Shown here in pieces: positions 12,754 through 26,626 of a stretch of DNA of 64,000 nucleotides. The position numbers and the translations under genes were made by a program. The notes below the pieces were generated by a model. The model saw nothing but the letters and a program-made list of their open reading frames with translations, was not told the origin of the DNA and made no database searches. Source of the stretch: Anaeramoeba ignava BMAN. Taxonomy: Eukaryota; Protista; Anaeramoebae. The stretch lies in contig JAPDFW010000071.1 in assembly GCA_028826165.1 (NCBI GenBank), positions 372,001-436,000 on the forward strand, written 5' to 3'. Position 1 is the first letter of the stretch; every line of letters begins with the position of its first letter.

Positions 12754-12949
12754 TTCCTTTTCTTTTAACTTGGAAATTCTTTTTTTTTTATTTTGACATA
12801 TTTAAATCAAAAAAATTCAAATTCAAAAAAAAATTCAAAAAAAATTCAAATTCAAGATTTGTTATTTTGTTTCATTAAATTGCAAAAGAGATTTAGGAAA
12901 AAGAAATAAATGGAATAATTTTTGAAAAAAAAATTTTTTCTAAATTTTG

Positions 12950-14010
12950 TAAATCAATTTTGAATTAAAAAGTAAATCAATTTGTAAATTAAAAAGTAAA
13001 TCATTTTTGAATTAAAAAGTAAATCAATTTGTAAATTAAAAAGTAAATCAATTTGTAAATTAAAAAGTAAATCAATTTTTGAATTAGAAAGTAAATCAAT
13101 TTGTAAATTAAAAAGTAAATTAAATTGTAAATTAAAAAGTAAATCAATTTGTAAATTAAAAAGTAAATCAATTTGTAAATTAAAAAGTAAATCAATTTGT
13201 AAATTAAAAAGTAAATCAATTTGTAAATTAAAAAGTAAATCAATTTGTAAATTAAAAAGTAAATCAATTTTGAATTAAAAAGTAAATCAATTTTGAATTA
13301 AAAAGTAAATCAATTTGTAAATTAAAAAGTAAATCAATTTTGAATTAGAAAGTAAATCAAATTGTAAATTAAAAAGTAAATCATTTTTGAATTAAAAAGT
13401 AAATCAATTTGTAAATTAAAAAGTAAATCAATTTGTAAATTAAAAAGTAAATCAATTTGTAAATTAAAAAGTAAATCAATTTTTGAATTAAAAAGTAAAT
13501 CAATTTGTAAATTAAAAAGTAAATCAATTTGTAAATTAAAAAGTAAATCAATTTGTAAATTAAAAAGTAAATCAATTTTTGAATTAGAAAGTAAATCAAT
13601 TTGTAAATTAAAAAGTAAATCAATTTGTAAATTAAAAAGTAAATCAATTTGTAAATTAAAAAGTAAATCAATTTGTAAATTAAAAAGTAAATCAATTTGT
13701 AAATTAAAAAGTAAATCAATTTGTAAATTAGAAAGTAAATCAAATTGTAAATTAAAAAGTAAATCATTTTTGAATTAAAAAGTAAATCAATTTGTAAATT
13801 AAAAAGTAAATCAATTTGTAAATTAGAAAGTAAATCAAATTTTAAATTAAAAAGTAAATCAATTTGTAAATTAAAAAGTAAATCAATTTTTGAATTAAAA
13901 AGTAAATCAAATTGTAAATTAAAAAGTAAATCAATTTGTAAATTAAAAAGTAAATCAATTTGTAAATTAAAAAGTAAATCAAATTGTAAATTAAAAAGTA
14001 AATTAAATTT
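12950..14010. repeat. 24-bp minisatellite (AAATTAAAAAGTAAATCAATTTGT)n, roughly 40+ copies
   Basis: Visible tandem array between convergent SH3 and FCF1 genes; it generates the spurious LIYFLIYK ORFs. Confidence 0.95.
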
Positions 14011-14116
14011 TTTGAAAAGATTTAAAGTTAGTATAAAAAAAATATTTGAAAATAGAAATAATTTACGAATCAACAAAGAAAAAGAATAGTCTATAGAAGG
14101 AAAAAGGAAGTGGAAA

Positions 14117-16672
14117 CTAAATTGGTAATCTTTCTACTGTATATTTATGGTTTTTTATACCAACAATAGGAACTCCAGGAATTTTACGAATTCTCCTTTT
14201 TAAATCTTTATCAGAAGTTGCAACCATATAACATTTATGTTGAGTAACAAGATTACAAATACAATCATCTGCATATCCATTACAACCACAATGAATTCTC
14301 TTGAATCGTGGATCTTTAGAAACTCGAAGTGCAACTCGAAATTTTGAACCTAATTTCTCAAGTTCTCCTATTACACAATCAGTTACACATGGTATTGCTA
14401 ATATTCAAATATTTAATATTTAATATTTAATATTTAATATTTTATATTTAATATTTAATATTTAATATTTATTATTTTATATTTATTATTTTATATTTAT
14501 TATTTTATATTTATTATTTATTTAATATTTAATATTTATTTAATATTTAATATTTATTTAATATTTAATATTTAATATTTAATATTTATTATTATTTAAT
14601 ATTTAATATTTTAATATTTATTATTTAATATTATTTTATTTATTATTTATTATTTAATATTTTTATTTTATTTATTTATTTTTATTTATTATTTATTATT
14701 TTATTATTATTTATTTTATTATTTATTATTTATTATTTATTATTTAATATTTTATTATTTATTTTAATATTTTAATTTATTTTATTATTTAATTATTTTA
14801 TTATTTAATATTTATTATTTTAATATTTAATATTTATTATTTAATATTTAATATTTAATATTTATTTATTATTTTAATATTTATTTTAATATTAATATTT
14901 AATATTTAATATTTATTATTTTAATATTTTAATATTTTATTTATTATTTTTATTTATTATTTTATTTTTATTTATTTTTAATATTTAATATTTTTATTAT
15001 TTATTATTTATTTTATTTTTATTTTATTTATTATTTATTATATTTAATTTTATTTATTTATTTATATTTTTATTTATTTATTATTTGTTTATTTTTATTT
15101 ATTTTTATTTATTTTTATTTTAATATTTTATTTAATTTTTATTATTTATTATTTAATATTTATTATTTTATATTTAATATTTAATTTATTTAATATTTAA
15201 TATTTAATATTTTTATTTATTATTTATTTATTATTTAATTTTAATATTTTTATTTAATATTTTATTTATTATTTAATTATTATTTTATTTATTTTAATTA
15301 TTTAATATTTATTATTTAATATTTATTATTTAATATTTAATATTTAATATTTAATATTTATTTAATATTTTATTTTATTTAATATTTTAATTTTATTATT
15401 TAATATTTAATATTTATTATTTATTATTTTATATTTTATTATTTTGTTTTTTATTTAATATTTAATATTTATTTAATATTTAATATTTATTTAATATTTA
15501 TTTAATATTTAATATTTAATATTTATTATTTTTTATTTATTATTTAATATTTAATATTTAATATTTATTATTTAATATTTAATATTTAATATTTAATATT
15601 TATTATTTATTTTAATATTTTTATTTTGTTTTTAATATTTTTATTTATTTTTATTTTTATTATTTATTAATATTTAATATTTATTTTTATTATTTTTATT
15701 ATTATTTAATATTTAATATTTAATATTTAATATTATTTAATATTTAATTAATATTTAATATTTAATATTTATTATTTAATATTTATTATTTATTTAATAT
15801 TTATTATTTTTATATTTAATATTTAATATTTATTATTTATTATTTATTATTTATTATTTTATTTATTTATTTTAATATTTAATATTTAATATTTATTATT
15901 TATTTAATATTTTTTATTTATTTAATATTTAATATTTATTTAATATTTAATATTTAATATTTATTATTTAATATTTATTAATTAATATTTAATATTAATT
16001 ATTTATTATTTAATATTTATTATTTATTATTTAATATTTAATATTTAATTATTTATTATTTAATATTTATTATTTAATATTTAATATTTAATATTTAATA
16101 TTTATTATTTAATATTTAATATTTAATATTTATTATTTTATATTTATTATTTTATTCACCTTTGGCTAAAAGAAGATCATAAAAAGATTGAACAATATCA
16201 AGTTTATTTTGAATAGAAAAATTTATAAAATTTGTATCTAATATAACTTGATATGGAGGACCTAAGGATGTATTATATTGCAAAAACATACTTGATGAAG
16301 TCTTTGAACTTTAATTCAAATTATATATTTTATATTTACATTCAAAAAAAAAAGAATAAAAATTAAATATTAAATATTAAAAATCATTAATTTGATATTT
16401 TTTATAAAGATTATAAATTGTTAGAAAGAAAAGAGATCTTGAATGGATCATTAAACTTACATCCGTCTAAGTGACTCTTTTGTTTTTTTTGTCTTTTTGA
16501 TCCTTGGATTGTTTGGAATTCGTTGATCTTTTGGCTTCAGCATTCTTTTCACTTTTGCAAATTTTTGAGTTTTTCGAAGTTTTCCCTTTAAATAATTAAT
16601 AAATAAAATTATCCGAAATTATGTGTATATTAAATTTTATAACGGAAAGTTTGAAAAAAAAAAATTTACCAT
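14117..16672 (-). CDS. FCF1: rRNA-processing PIN-domain protein FCF1/UTP24
   Basis: Exons 16670-16672 (ATG only), 16461-16585, 16160-16308, 14117-14397. Peptides [55 protein letters not shown] and [19 protein letters not shown]. Missed by the ORF track. Confidence 0.95.
14398..16159 (-). repeat. 1.76-kb almost pure A/T low-complexity intron of FCF1
   Basis: GTGAAT...TTAG boundaries keep the FCF1 frame; the interior is TATTTAA-like degenerate repeats. Confidence 0.85.
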
Positions 16673-16747
16673 TTAAAAAAAAAATGAAAAAAAAAATGAA
16701 AAAATAAAAAATCAAAAAAATTTTTTTTCATTTTTTTTTTTTTCAAA
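16673..16747. promoter_or_regulatory. 75-bp bidirectional promoter with TTTCATTTT motifs on both strands
   Basis: AAAATGAAAA copies next to the FCF1 ATG and TTTCATTTT next to the ANK-BTB ATG. Confidence 0.55.
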
Positions 16748-18808
16748 ATGAATTCTTATTTAGCTGAATTTCAAAAAGGAGATTTTTCTCATATTGAGTT
16801 ACTTCAAGAAGTTGATGTGAATAATCAAGATGTAATTAATTTTTATATTATTTTATATTATTTTATATATATATTAATTATTTTTTATTAGAAAGTAAAA
16901 TTTCCGTTTTATTTTTTGTTTATAATTAAATTTGTTTTTAATTTAATTAAATAACAATTTAATTAGGATGTAAATTATTTTCTTTTTTTTAATAATAATA
17001 ATATTAATATATTTTTAATAATATTAATATGTTTTTTTTTAGTTAAGAACCCCACTTTGGTGGGCTTGTTTTTATCGAGTTCCTCTTGAAATTTTAAATA
17101 CTTTACTTCAAAAATCAGCAAATGTTAATATTTCTGATGTAATTATTGATTTTAATTGAATTTTTCTACATTTTTCTGAAAAAAAAAATAAAATATTAAA
17201 TATTTGAATTAAAATCAAAATAATATCAGTTTGTAAATTCAAAACAAAAAAAAATAATTTTATTTAAGAATTTTTGGAAAGTTTTTAATAGAAAAAGAAA
17301 AAAATATTTATTATTTAGAAAGTAAAAATTTTTTCTTTTTAATTTTGCATTTAATATTTTAAATTGCAATTTTTTCTTTTTTAAGGGATTTACTCCATTG
17401 TATAATTTATGCGAAAAAGGTGTTGATCCTGAGCTTCTTAGATCACTTCTTGCATTTGGAGCAGATGTAAATATTCAAAATGTATTAATTTAAATTTCCA
17501 ATTAAAAAACAATAAACAAAAATATTTAAAAAGCAAAAAAAAAAAAATTGATTAATATAAAATATTCATTTAAAATCCATAGTATGTAATTAATATTCAT
17601 TTTCAATTAATTTTTGGAGAGTTTAGATTAAATGATATTAAAACATAATTTTGGATTATTCCTTCTTATTTTCATTATTTAGTATGTAAATATTTTATTG
17701 AAAATTTTATAAATCAAAAAAAAATTTTATTTAAGTAAATATTTATTTATGATATAAAAGAATGATACACCTTTGCATAAAGCTTGTGAATGTGATGTTG
17801 GAAGACAAAATATTATGATGCTTTTAACAGCAGGAGCTGATGTTCATGTTAAAAATGTAATAAAGAAAAAATTTTATTTAATAATAAAGTGTATTTTAAT
17901 TTGAAAAAAAAATCAATAAATAATTGATGAATTTTTAGCAAGTAAATTAAAATATTTATTTCCGAAAAAAATTGGAGTATCTTTAATTTAATTTATTTAT
18001 TTAAATTTTAAATTTTTTTTTTAATCTAAAGGGAGTAAAAATATAAATAAATAATAAATTAAATTAAATTAAATTAAATTAAATTAAATTAAATTAAATA
18101 ATAAATAAATAAAAGGGTTCAACACCAATAGATTTGGCAAGAACTCCAGAATTAAAAGAATTACTTCAATTCAGAACAAATATTATGGATGAAATGACTC
18201 AATTATATAAAAGAGGAGAAAGATGTGATTTTGAAATTACAACAATGGATGGAAAAACAATACAATCACATGAAACAATATTATCAGCAAGATTAGGACC
18301 AAATTTTCGACTTTTATCATCAATCTCAAAAAACAAAAAAAATGAAGAAATGGAATCATTTTTTCGATGGATTTATGGAGGAATTATAAGCGGAGCAAAG
18401 AAAAAAACTGAAGATCTTGCATCAGTTTTTGGAATCCAAAATATAACTGAAAAATCTGGGATTAACGGATTATTAAAGGATTTAAGAAAGCTTTATTTGG
18501 ATGAAGATTCAAAAGATTTTACTATTATTATTGGAGATGAAAATATTCGTGTTCATTCCGTTATTTTGATGATGAGAAGTGAACTTTATCGAGGAATGTT
18601 TGTTAGTGTTAAAGATGATTCTCATCGTGTTACTGATTATTCAGGAAGATCTCCTGAAGCTTTGAGAACTTTGATTAAATATTTTTATTTGGATGAACTT
18701 GATCCAGATCTTTCTGATTCTATTATTGAAGAATTACAAGAAGCTCATGATTATTATCAATTAAATGAGAATTCTGTTTTACAACGTTTATTGAAATTAC
18801 GAAAATAA
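16748..18808 (+). CDS. Ankyrin-repeat + tandem BTB/POZ domain protein (~362 aa) with eight 3-nt microexons
   Basis: Exons 16748-16831, 16892-94(K), 16967-69(D), 17043-17138, 17230-32(F), 17319-21(K), 17386-17481, 17583-85(Y), 17683-85(Y), 17761-17856, 17939-41(Q), 18032-34(G), 18116-18808. ANK motifs RTPLWWAC, FTPLYNLC, DTPLHKAC, STPIDLA; BTB motifs CDFEI..SHETILSAR and KDFTII..VHSVILMMRSELYRGMF. Confidence 0.92.
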
Positions 18809-18952
18809 AGAATTTCAAAATTAAATTTTGAAAATTAAAAATGGTTTTTTTTTAAACGGAATTTTGATTTGAATTTATTAAGATTGTTTTTTAAATTTTT
18901 TAAATTTTTAAATTTTTTTCTAAATTTGGATCTTAAAAAATTTTTAAAGAAA

Positions 18953-21900
18953 TTAATTGATTGATTGATTGATTAATTGATTGAAAATTAATTTTTCTTT
19001 CTTTTCTTCATTCATTGAATTTTCAGTCTTTTCTTCATTCATTGAATGAATTCTTCGATAGAAAACCAAATAAGCAGCGGAAGTCTTTGCAGCATCAGGA
19101 CCAGAAATAGAAGAGACAGAACTATCATCATAACAGAACCATTTACCAGTAGTGGAGTTCTTAGCATAAGCAGTATAATGACCACCACCGTAACCGCCAT
19201 AGTGATTAGAAACAGCATAAAGTTCATATTTTGTTTGAGTTTCACCAATTTCTTGAGGAATATAAGGTTCAAGATCCAAAACCGTTGGAAAATCAACGTA
19301 TTTATCAATTTTGGATCGACTCCATAAACCATAAGAAAATCTCTTAAAATGCCCAATAAAAACCTCAGGAAGTCGCCATAGATCAAATTTCTTGTTTGCT
19401 TCCACATGCTTTTTACAATGGGGACAATACCACATGTCGCTTTTTCCAAGTTGTTCTTCTGAAAGATAATTATCAATAAGATGATATATGTTCAAATTTG
19501 TTAAAACTTGTTCTTTTTCAGTGAATTTGTTCTCTGATTTTAGGAAATTGCTTTCGTCCATGATTTTATCAAAAAACAAATTGGGATTCCATCGAAGTGT
19601 AAATGAGATTCCGGATGTTATTTTTATGTCTTCGTCTTCTGAATATGTTGTTACTCTACTTGAAGCGATTCTGATGATTCTGAAAAACGGTGTGTAAGTG
19701 TATCTTTCAACTCCAAATATCTTCAATGCTTTTTCTTTTACTTTTTTCTTTTGTTCTTTTGTATCGAGCATTCTTGTCGAGGAGAAATAGCTGTCGTAAC
19801 CAGTTTTCTTTTCTTCTTTTTCGTCTTCTTCCTTTTTGTCTTCTTCCTTCATCCCGTTTTTTTCTTCGAGTTTTTTCTGGTTCATTTCGTCTTGTTTTTT
19901 CTTAATTTCTTCGATAGGAATAAATTGTTTTAATCTTTCCAAAAATATTTCCTCAAGTTCTTTGTAATTGATTGATTTTATTGGCAATGCAATAACAAAA
20001 GGGTATCCAATAAGTTCGTCTTCAACATCATATTGATAATACCCAGTTTTTTTAAGCATACTATTAAAGAATTGGATGTTGAGAAATTGGATTTGTTTTT
20101 CATTTTCATCCTTTTTTTCATCTTGTTTTTCATTTTCATCCTTTTTTTCATTTTCATCTTCATCCTTTTTTTCTTTTTCATTTTCATCCTTTTTTTCATC
20201 TTGTTCTTGTTCTTTTTCTTTTTCTTTTTCTTTTTCTTTTTCTTTTTCAGCTTTTTTTTTATGATCCTCTAATTCATATGCCACAAGTGTATCGTTTTTT
20301 TGAATATCAGAAATATCTTTGTCTTTAATTGTTTTATAAATCTTATTTTTATAAACTTCTGTTAAAGCAAGAAATTTTTCAGAAATTCCGGAAACTTCAG
20401 ACAATTTTGAAAGAATATCACTTAAAGATCCATGTTTTCTACATTCTAGTAAGTAATTTTCTGGGAGTTTATTTGGATCTACAAATCGAACTTGGATTTT
20501 GTATCTTGAAATATTTGATGATGGGAATGGAAGGGAATAATACATTATTGGATCAAATATAGTTGATATTTTTTTGCAGTCAGGACAGATCAATCTACTT
20601 TTAATTTGTCCTTGAAAGAAATCGACAATAACAGAATCATTTCTTTTTTTGTAAACTTCCCAAGATTCATCAGCAACCTTAATTTTAATTTTGATTTTAA
20701 ATTTTAATTTTAATTTTAATTTTAATTTTAATTTTAATTTTGATTTTAATTTTGATTTTGATTTTAATTTTAAATATTTAAATTTTAATTTTAATTTTGA
20801 TTTTTAATTTTAATTTTAATTTTAATTTTATTTTAATTTTAATTTTAATTTTAATTTAAATTTAATTTTAATTTAAATTTTGATTTTGATTTTAATTTTG
20901 ATTTTGATTTTAATTTTGATTTTAATTTTAATTTTAATTTTAATTTTAATTTTAATTTTGATTTTAATTTTAATTTTGATTTTAATTTTATTTTTAATTC
21001 TAAATTTTAATTTTAATTTTGATTTTTTACTTCTTTGTGTGGTCTTCCATCTCCTTCAACTGGTTTTGTTATTGGTTTATCTTTAACTCGATTTAAATCT
21101 TCGTGAAGTCCATCAAGCATAAATGCTAAAAATTCTTGTGAATCATGTTGTGAATATCCCATAAATTGATGAGCAAATTGTCCAACAACATGTTTTAAAT
21201 CACTTGGTGAAACACTACTATATTTTCCTGACCAAACCTTTTAATTTTTAAATTTTAATTTTAATTTTAATAAATGAATTTTAATTTTAATTTTAAATTT
21301 TAATTTTTAATTTTAATAAATGAATTTTAATTTTAATTTTAATAAATGAATTTTAATTTTAATTTTAATTTTAATAAATGAATTTTAATTTTAATTTTAA
21401 TTTTAATTTTAATTTTAATTTTAATAAATGAATTTTTAATTTTAATTTTTAAATTTTAATTTTAATTTTAATAAATGAATTTTAATTTTATAAATTATTT
21501 TTAATTTTAATTTTTAAATTTTAATTTTAATTTTAATTTTCTACTTCATGAACTAAATTTCCAAATTCAGTTGCAAGTCGACCTTTCATTCCAATTGGAT
21601 TTGTATAATTAATTTCATTACGATATTTTCCAGATATAAAATAATCCTTAAGAACTGTAGAGTTCAATAAACATTGCAATCCACTATTCATGAAGCAAGT
21701 ATTACCTAAATTTTGCAAACCAGTCAAACCTTTTGCTTCAGCTTTTCTTGAATACCGATTAGTAAAATAACTTGAAAAACCTGACCTGTTAATGATTAAA
21801 AACAAAGAAAAAGAATATTTTGTTTTAAAAAAAAAATTTTTATAGATAAGATCAAAATAAATCATAGATTTACATCATAGAAGTTCTTGGAGCAGTTTCA

Positions 21901-23503
21901 TTTTCATCATCACTACTTGAACTAGTAGATAAACTAATTGAAAAAATTTTTTTAGTTTTTTGAATTTTTTATATTTTAATTTTTAAATAAAGAAATTACT
22001 TTGAATTTGCTGTTACTCCTGCTGCTTTGGGTTGTTCTAAATCTCCAATATCCTCTGATTTCTTAACAATTTTAATTTTATCTCCCTCATTTAAACGAGT
22101 ATCATAAAGAGATTCATTTTCGAAATTGATTTTAGTCCAAAATGACATATAAGACCATTTTTGCAAAAAAACTAATTTATAAAAAAAAAATAGAATTTTT
22201 AATGTTTGAATATTTTATATTTCAATCAACAGAATCATTCAGAAAAATAAAATACCATCATCTGGTTCAACTCCTATTTTTTCACAAATCTTTTTCTTCA
22301 TATTTTCTATTCTTTCCATTTTACTAAATGTTTCTGTAAATTCTTTTTTTTGATCATTTTCTTTATAGATAAAGTTAAGCTCGATTGGATAAACTTCAAC
22401 ATATTCATATTTTGTAATTCCAACTGAAATAACATTTCGGGGAATTGGAGGACCACCACCATATCTAGAATATGAGAATATATTAATATTAATATTGATT
22501 TTTAAATTAAATTTTAATTTTTAAATTTTATTTTTATTTATTTTAATTTTAATTTTAATTTTAAATTTAATTTTAATTTTAATTTTAATTTTAATTTTAA
22601 TTTTAATTTTGATTTTGATTTTAATTTTAATTTTAATTTTAATTTTAATTTTAATTTTAATTTTAATTTTAATTTAATTTTAATTTGAATTTTTAATTTT
22701 TAATTTTAATTTTAATTTTTAATTTTAATTTTTAATTTTAATTTTAATTTTAATTTTAATTTTAATTTTAATTTTAATTTTAATTTTAATTTTAATTTTA
22801 ATTTTAATTTTAAATTTAATATTGATTTTAATTTTTAATTTTAATTTTAATTTTAATTTTAATTTTAATTTTAATTTTAATTTTATTTTAATTTTAAATT
22901 TTAAATTTTAAATTTTAATATTAATTTTTAAATTCAAAATCTAAAAAAATTAAGCAAACAAATGTACATTTCAAAAAGAATATCCCAAATAGTTTGATAA
23001 ACTAAACTATAATCAAAACCCTCAGTTAAACGTTTTTTGAGGGTAATTTTATCTTGTTCAAGAAGATCAGAATTATCAATAGAACCAGGTTTTGGATAAA
23101 CAGTACCAGCAACGAATTCATCTGAATTCTTATAAAAGCTGTGAGCTTCCTTATATTTTGTATAATCTTTCCATTGATCAAACCAATTTTTACTAATAAG
23201 ATAATAAGTGTCTTTATTTTGCATTTTTGGATGTTTTTTTTCTGCTTCAATAACTTTTTTTAATTCTTCTTCTGGCTGTAAATTCTTTATATCCTCTTCT
23301 TCTTTCATTTCGTTCTTTTCTTCTTTCATTTCGTTCTTTTCTTCTTTCATCAAATTTTCTTCTTTCATTTCATTCTTTTCTTCTTTCATCGAATTTTCTT
23401 CTTTGTTCTCACTTTCTTCTTGTTTTTTGTTTTCTTCGTTGGTTTTTTGTTCTTCTTCCATCGTGTTTTGTTCTTCAGTTTCGTTTTTTTGTGGTGTTGA
23501 CAT
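18953..23503 (-). CDS. Ubiquitin carboxyl-terminal hydrolase, USP4/11/15 type (DUSP-UBL-USP)
   Basis: Multi-exon. DUSP ([21 protein letters not shown]), Cys box [35 protein letters not shown], His box [18 protein letters not shown]. Confidence 0.93.
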
Positions 23504-23939
23504 ATTCAATCTATTTTAAAAAAATTATTATTGTAAAAATAAAAATGAAAAAAAAAAATGAAAAATTAAAATTTATAAAAAAAATTTTTTTTTTGTTTTT
23601 TTTTTTATTTTTGTTTTGTTTTGTTGTTTTTCTAAAAATTTTAATAATTCAAAATGATCTTAATTTCTTCCTAATTTCTTTTTTCTTTTTTTCTTTTTTT
23701 CTTCTTTTTTTTTTGAAATTAAAAAATTAAAAGAAAAATAAGAAATCGGAAATTTTTTTTATTTAATTTTAATTATTAAAAAAAAAAAAGTGGATTGAAA
23801 ATATTAATTAACATGAAAAGAAAGAAAAATAAAATAGCCACGTATTAACAAGAAAATAAAAGAAAAGAAAAGAAAATAAAATCGAAATTTTTTTTTCATT
23901 TTTCTTTTCTTTTCTTTTCTTTAAAAATATAAATAAAAA

Positions 23940-26626
23940 ATGTTAACAGAAAAATATCAAAATGAAAAACGAAAATTATATTTAGTTAGTATTGAAAATC
24001 TTCTTGCTTGGATTGTAAATAAAAAATAAATAAAATAAAAGAAAAAATTTTAAATAGAATTTTAATTACTTTTTTTTCTATTTATTTTGAAATAATGAAT
24101 TTTTATTAAAGATAACTGGAATGACCTCAATTGCCTATGTTTCAGTTATTAATTCAATTTATGAAGAAGATCTTTCAAAAGCTTCTTTATTTTATGGAAT
24201 TGTTGAAGCAATTTATTGTTTAGGTCAAGCTTTTGGCAATTGTTTTCTTGGTGTTTTTTCAGATAAATTTGGAAGAAAAAATACTTTTATTATTGTTCTT
24301 GCTGGTTTTGGTTTAGATTATTTGATTTGTTCTTATACTTCTTCTAAATTTTTAATTGGTTTGGCTAGATTTATTGATGGTTTGTGTGCTGCAAATCCTC
24401 AAACAGGTTCTAGTTATATTTCGGATATTTCTTCAATAGATAAATTTGCAAATGTGAATTATTTAAAATCAAAATCAAAATCAAAATCAAAATCAAAATT
24501 AAAATTAAAATTAAAAATTAAAATTAAAATCAAAATTAAAATCAAAATTAAAATCTAAAATCAAAATCAAAATCAAAATCAAAATTAAAATTAAAATTAA
24601 AATTAAAATTAAAATTAAAATCAAAATTCAAAATCAAAATCAAAATCAAAATCAAAATCAAAATCAAAATCAAAATCAAAATCAAAATCAAAATCAAAAT
24701 CAAAATCAAAAATTAAAATCAAAATCAAAATCAAAATCAAAATTAAAATCAAAATCAAAATCAAAATCAAAATCAAAATCAAAATCAAAATCAAAATCAA
24801 AATCAAAATCAAAATCAAAATCAAAAATTAAAATTAAAATTAAAATTAAAATCAAAATTAAAATTAAAATTAAAATTAAAATTAAAATCAAAATCAAAAT
24901 CAAAATCAAAATCAAAATCAAAATCAAAAATTAAAATTAAAATCAAAATTAAAATTAAAATTAAAATTAAAATCAAAATTAAAATTAAAATTAAAATTAA
25001 AATTAAAATTAAAAACCAAAATTAAAATTAAAATTAAAATTAAAATCAAAATCAAAATCAAAATTAAAATCAAAATTAAAATTAAAAATCAAAATCAAAA
25101 TCAAAATCAAAATCAAAATCAAAATTAAAATTTAAATCAAAATTAAAATCAAAATCAAAATCAAAATCAAAATCAAAATCAAAATCAAAATCAAAATCAA
25201 AATTAAAATCAAAATTAAAATCAAAATCAAAATTAAAATTAAAATTAAAATTAAAATCAAAAATCAAAATCAAAATTAAAATTAAAATTAAAAATTAAAA
25301 TCAAAATCAAAATCAAAATCAAAATCAAAATCAAAATCAAAATTAAAATCAAAATCAAAAATTAAAATTAAAATTAAAATCAAAATCAAAATTAAAATTA
25401 AAATCAAAAATCAAAATCAAAATCAAAATCAAAATCAAAATCAAATTAAAAATCAAAATCAAAATTAAAATTAAAATTAAAATTAAAATTAAAATTAAAA
25501 TTAAAATTAAAATCAAAATTAAAATTAAAATTAAAATTAAAATTAAAAATCAAAATCAAAATTTAAATCAAAATTAAAATTAAAATTTAAATCAAAATCA
25601 AAAATTAAAATCAAAATCAAAATTAAAATTAAAATTAAAATCAAAATTAAAATTAAAATCAAAATTAAAATCAAAATTAAAATTTAAATCAAAATTAAAA
25701 TCAAAATCAAAATTAAAATCAAAATCAAAATTCAAAATTAAAATCAAAATCAAAATTAAAATTAAAATTAAAATCAAAATCAAAATCAAAATTAAAATTA
25801 AAATCAAAATCAAAAATTATAGAATATGGGTATTTTTCATGCTTTTGGAGGAGGAGGAATTCTTATTGGATTTGGATTTGGATTCTTATTTACATCAATA
25901 GGAATATCACCAAGAGGAATACTAAAAATATCATTTTTGATCATAATAATTGATCTAATTTTTGTGATTTTTTCACTACCAGAATCAAAAACAATGCTTG
26001 ACACAGTAGAATTTGACTGGTCAAGAGCACATCCAATAGGAGCATTTCGATATTTCAAAGAAAGACCATTTCTGAAGAATTATTTATGGCTTCTTTTCTT
26101 AAATATTATGGCAGCTGGATGCACAATAGTTGTTTCACAATTCTATCTCAAATTGCGATTTAATTTATCAGGCTCAACAATTTACGCACTTCTTCTTTGG
26201 TGCGCAATTTGGCAAATTCTTGCAATGGGAGTTGCATTGAAAATTTTGATCCAAAAATACGGAAATAGAAAATCACTCATTTTGGGTTTTGTTGCCACTT
26301 TTTCTGCCAATTTTGCTTTTATTGTTGCTTGGAATTTGTGGATCATTATTATCGGTACTTTGGGTGTTATTGGAATAATCGCTTTTACAATTATACAGTC
26401 ATTTTTCAAAGATGAAACTCCTGAAAATGAACACGGTACTCTTTTTGGTTACTTGTCTTTTGCTTCAAATATAAGTCATATGATTACAAAGTATTTTTAT
26501 TCTTATTCTTTTAGTTACTTTACTTCTGGAAAACTAAATTTACCTCAAATTCCTTATTTTTTTGCTTCTTTGTTCGCTCTTGTTGCAATTCGTTTTGCAA
26601 TGAATTTGCCAGATGATAAAATTTAA
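23940..26626 (+). CDS. Major facilitator superfamily transporter (TetA/DHA1/MFSD14-like)
   Basis: Exons 23940-24015, 24112-24453, 25823-26626. MFS motif A GVFSDKFGRK, ARFIDG, SYISDIS and LPES; multiple TM segments. Confidence 0.88.
24454..25822 (+). repeat. Intronic (AAAATT/AAAATC)n microsatellite
   Basis: Fills the 1.37-kb intron 2 of the MFS gene. Confidence 0.9.

Noticed and set aside
16832-17042. Treating each ankyrin junction as one ~200-280-nt intron
   Set aside because: This keeps the frame but deletes the two residues required by the ankyrin hairpin consensus at every junction. It also leaves the regular internal AG-NNN-GT pairs unexplained.
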